Part shown: piece after piece, positions 1 through 599 of the stretch
How positions within the stretch are numbered: position 1 is the first letter of the stretch
Layout of the letters: each line of letters starts with the position of its first letter
Assembly: GCF_003334255.1 (NCBI RefSeq)
Contig: NZ_QOWU01000212.1
Direction: 5' to 3' (one strand)
Origin: Escherichia coli
Lineage (GTDB): Bacteria; Pseudomonadota; Gammaproteobacteria; Enterobacterales; Enterobacteriaceae
DNA: 599 bases
The notes under the pieces: model-generated
Seen by the model: the letters and a program-made list of their open reading frames with translations, nothing else
Database searches by the model: none
Told to the model about the DNA's origin: nothing
Program-made: the position numbers and the translations under genes

Positions 1-76
1 AGTTATCGTGAGAGTAATTCATCGGCACGTTAAATCATATCAGGCGTAATACCACAACCCTTAAGTTAGCGCTTAT

Positions 77-89
77 GGGGCAAATCCCC
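77..89. repeat. Short hairpin GGGG-CAAAT-CCCC at the start of a pyrimidine-rich (+ strand) tract.
   Basis: GGGG (77-80), loop CAAAT (81-85), CCCC (86-89). The downstream sequence is CT-rich rather than T-rich, so it is not a canonical terminator on the + strand. Confidence 0.2.
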
Positions 90-160
90 CTCTCTCCGCC
101 ACTTTATCAATGACTTATCTCCCGACTTCCCGCCTTGCTTTTCCTAAACAGAACAATCGT

Positions 161-170
161 AGAATATTCT
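161..170. repeat. Perfect 10-bp palindrome AGAATATTCT; possible protein-binding site, or chance.
   Basis: Positions 161-170 equal their own reverse complement. The symmetry does not extend into the flanks. About 0.6 such palindromes are expected by chance in 600 bp. Confidence 0.2.
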
Positions 171-231
171 TGAAGGGTTAGATCGTCACTGTTTTCTGTT
201 CGATACTGTGACATTCAGCACTTGATTCGCT

Positions 232-435
232 ATGGATCTGACAGGAAGGTTTCGAGCGAAAATCTGCAGTTATTCAGTCGTTTTCTTATCGGTCACCATT
301 ATTCTTTTAGACATTGATCCTACAAAGCTGCCGCAAAGTTGGTGGTGGGAACTGAAGTTGCGTAGAGAAGGGGTCAATACCCGGAGGCAAACATGGGCTG
401 GCAAAAGTGTAGCGGTATTAGGCGCAGCTATTTAG
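232..435 (+). CDS. Questionable hypothetical small protein (67 aa); more likely a chance ORF than a gene.
   Basis: ATG at 232 to TAG at 433-435, taken from the ORF track. No Shine-Dalgarno sequence upstream (cagcacttgattcgctATG). Contains rare AGG, AGA, CGA and GGA codons. An ORF of this length is expected by chance in about 600 bp of roughly 45-48% GC DNA. The product has a hydrophobic stretch (SVVFLSVTIILLDI) and a WWW motif; I recognise no family. Confidence 0.12.
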   Translation: MDLTGRFRAKICSYSVVFLSVTIILLDIDPTKLPQSWWWELKLRREGVNTRRQTWAGKSVAVLGAAI

Positions 436-451
436 CCTAGTTATGTTTTAT
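417..451 (+). terminator. Weak candidate intrinsic terminator: a 7-bp stem with an 11-nt loop, then an interrupted T-rich run.
   Basis: attaggc (417-423) pairs with gcctagt (435-441), including one G-U pair; the loop is gcagctattta. It is followed by ttatgttttat (441-451). The stem is short and AT-containing and the U-tract is interrupted, so this is marginal. It overlaps the stop codon of the 232-435 ORF. Confidence 0.18.
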
Positions 452-464
452 GAAAACTTGATAT

Positions 465-494
465 CATATAAGTGTCTTACTTATTGGCTGTAAA
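465..494 (-). promoter_or_regulatory. Candidate sigma70-like promoter on the minus strand within the AT-rich tract; it would drive transcription leftward, antisense to the 3' end of the 232-435 ORF.
   Basis: On the minus strand: -35 TTTACA (complement of 489-494), an 18-bp spacer, then -10 TATATG (complement of 465-470). The -35 is a 5/6 match and the -10 a 4/6 match lacking the conserved final T. No comparably good forward-strand pair was found; TTGATA at 458-463 has no acceptable -10 at 16-18 bp. Confidence 0.15.
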
Positions 495-522
495 TAAGGT
501 TTTCTAAGGAATTGTTTCTTTA

Positions 523-599
523 GGTGATGCTGCCAACTTACTGATTTAGTGTATGATGGTGTTTTTGAGGTGCTCCAGTGGCTTCTGTTTCTATCAGCT
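523..599. other. Flank of a p15A-type (ColE1-family) plasmid replicon. In pACYC184 this stretch sits between the cat-side junction and the bom-like and ori sequences, so RNA II and the leading-strand fork would enter from the right on the minus strand.
   Basis: The stretch ggtgatgctgccaacttactgatttagtgtatgatggtgtttttgaggtgctccagtggcttctgtttctatcagct matches, from memory, the p15A backbone of pACYC184-family vectors, where it continues gtccctcctgttcagctactgacgggg toward the origin. This is recalled, not searched. Window sequence left of about 523 does not match the pACYC184 cat/Tn9 side. Confidence 0.6.

Noticed and set aside
1-48. Possible 3' end of an upstream + strand gene (stops at 31-33 or 46-48), or start of a leftward minus-strand gene (ATG at the complement of 20-22).
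   Set aside because: Too little sequence in the window to judge coding potential; no RBS seen for the minus-strand start.
60-89. Possible XerCD/cer-like multimer-resolution core (ttaag … ttatggggcaaat resembles cer TTAAGGGA-TTATGGTAAAT); also TTATGTTTTAT at 441-451 resembling the dif XerD arm.
   Set aside because: Arm lengths and spacing do not fit the 11-6/8-11 architecture. The putative XerC arms match poorly (5/11 or less) and there is no ARG box (TGAAT…ATTCA) upstream. Most likely chance similarity.
104-112. DnaA-box-like TTATC-containing 9-mers (3-11, 104-112, 286-294).
   Set aside because: Best matches are only 5-6/9 to TTATCCACA; ColE1-family replication does not rely on clustered DnaA boxes or iterons, and no iteron array is present.
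185-212. Inverted repeat gtcac (185-189) / gtgac (208-212), and the PstI palindrome ctgcag (264-269).
   Set aside because: Only 5-6 bp; this level of symmetry is expected by chance.
107-214. Minus-strand 35-codon ORF (MSQYRTENSDDLTLQEYSTIVLFRKSKAGSREISH), with other tiny ORFs at 110-181 (+) and 443-493 (+).
   Set aside because: No ribosome-binding sites and no recognisable motifs; the lengths are expected by chance.
336-348. Chi-like sequence GTTGGTGG within aagttggtggtggg, and the AAGTTGG/AAGTTG direct repeat (336-342, 355-360).
   Set aside because: One mismatch from Chi (GCTGGTGG), and Chi requires an exact octamer; the short direct repeat is within chance expectation.
232-435. Rop/Rom-like copy-number regulator, suggested by position and orientation relative to the origin (analogous to rop in pMB1/pBR322).
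   Set aside because: The 67-aa product shows no resemblance to Rop (helix-hairpin-helix, about 63 aa, highly charged), and p15A is known to lack rop.
553-599. Hydrophobic mini-ORF starting ATGATG at 553 (MMVFLRCSSGFCFYQL…), continuing past the window, as a possible type I toxin-like peptide.
   Set aside because: No Shine-Dalgarno sequence. It lies in the well-known p15A vector backbone, where no such gene is described, and by my recollection of the downstream sequence it would be only about 22 aa.
1-599. Scan for tRNA, rRNA, CRISPR repeats, retron msr/msd-type long inverted repeats and IS terminal inverted repeats.
   Set aside because: No repeat-spacer periodicity, no long inverted repeats (the longest distant complementary match is 7 bp, aagttgg 336-342 with ccaactt 533-539), and no tRNA-like cloverleaf signatures that I could identify by eye.

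Overview
This 599-bp window looks like mostly non-coding plasmid backbone; I found no convincing protein-coding gene, RNA gene, mobile element or CRISPR array, and nothing that by itself supports a novel biological system. The right end (about 523-599) matches, from memory and not from a search, the p15A-type (ColE1-family) replicon flank seen in pACYC184-type plasmids, a few hundred bp from the replication start, which would lie beyond the window's right edge. In pACYC184 the DNA left of this point is the Tn9 cat region; here it is different, unrecognised sequence, which may point to a native or differently assembled p15A-family plasmid. The single tracked ORF (232-435, +, 67 aa) has no Shine-Dalgarno sequence, several rare codons and a length expected by chance, so I treat it as doubtful. 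Other signals are weak: a stop-codon-overlapping hairpin followed by a T-rich run, a moderate promoter-like pair on the minus strand in the AT-rich 440-523 tract, a recurring GTTTTCT heptamer, a pyrimidine-rich tract with a short hairpin and a 10-bp palindrome. All calls need confirmation by homology search and transcript mapping.
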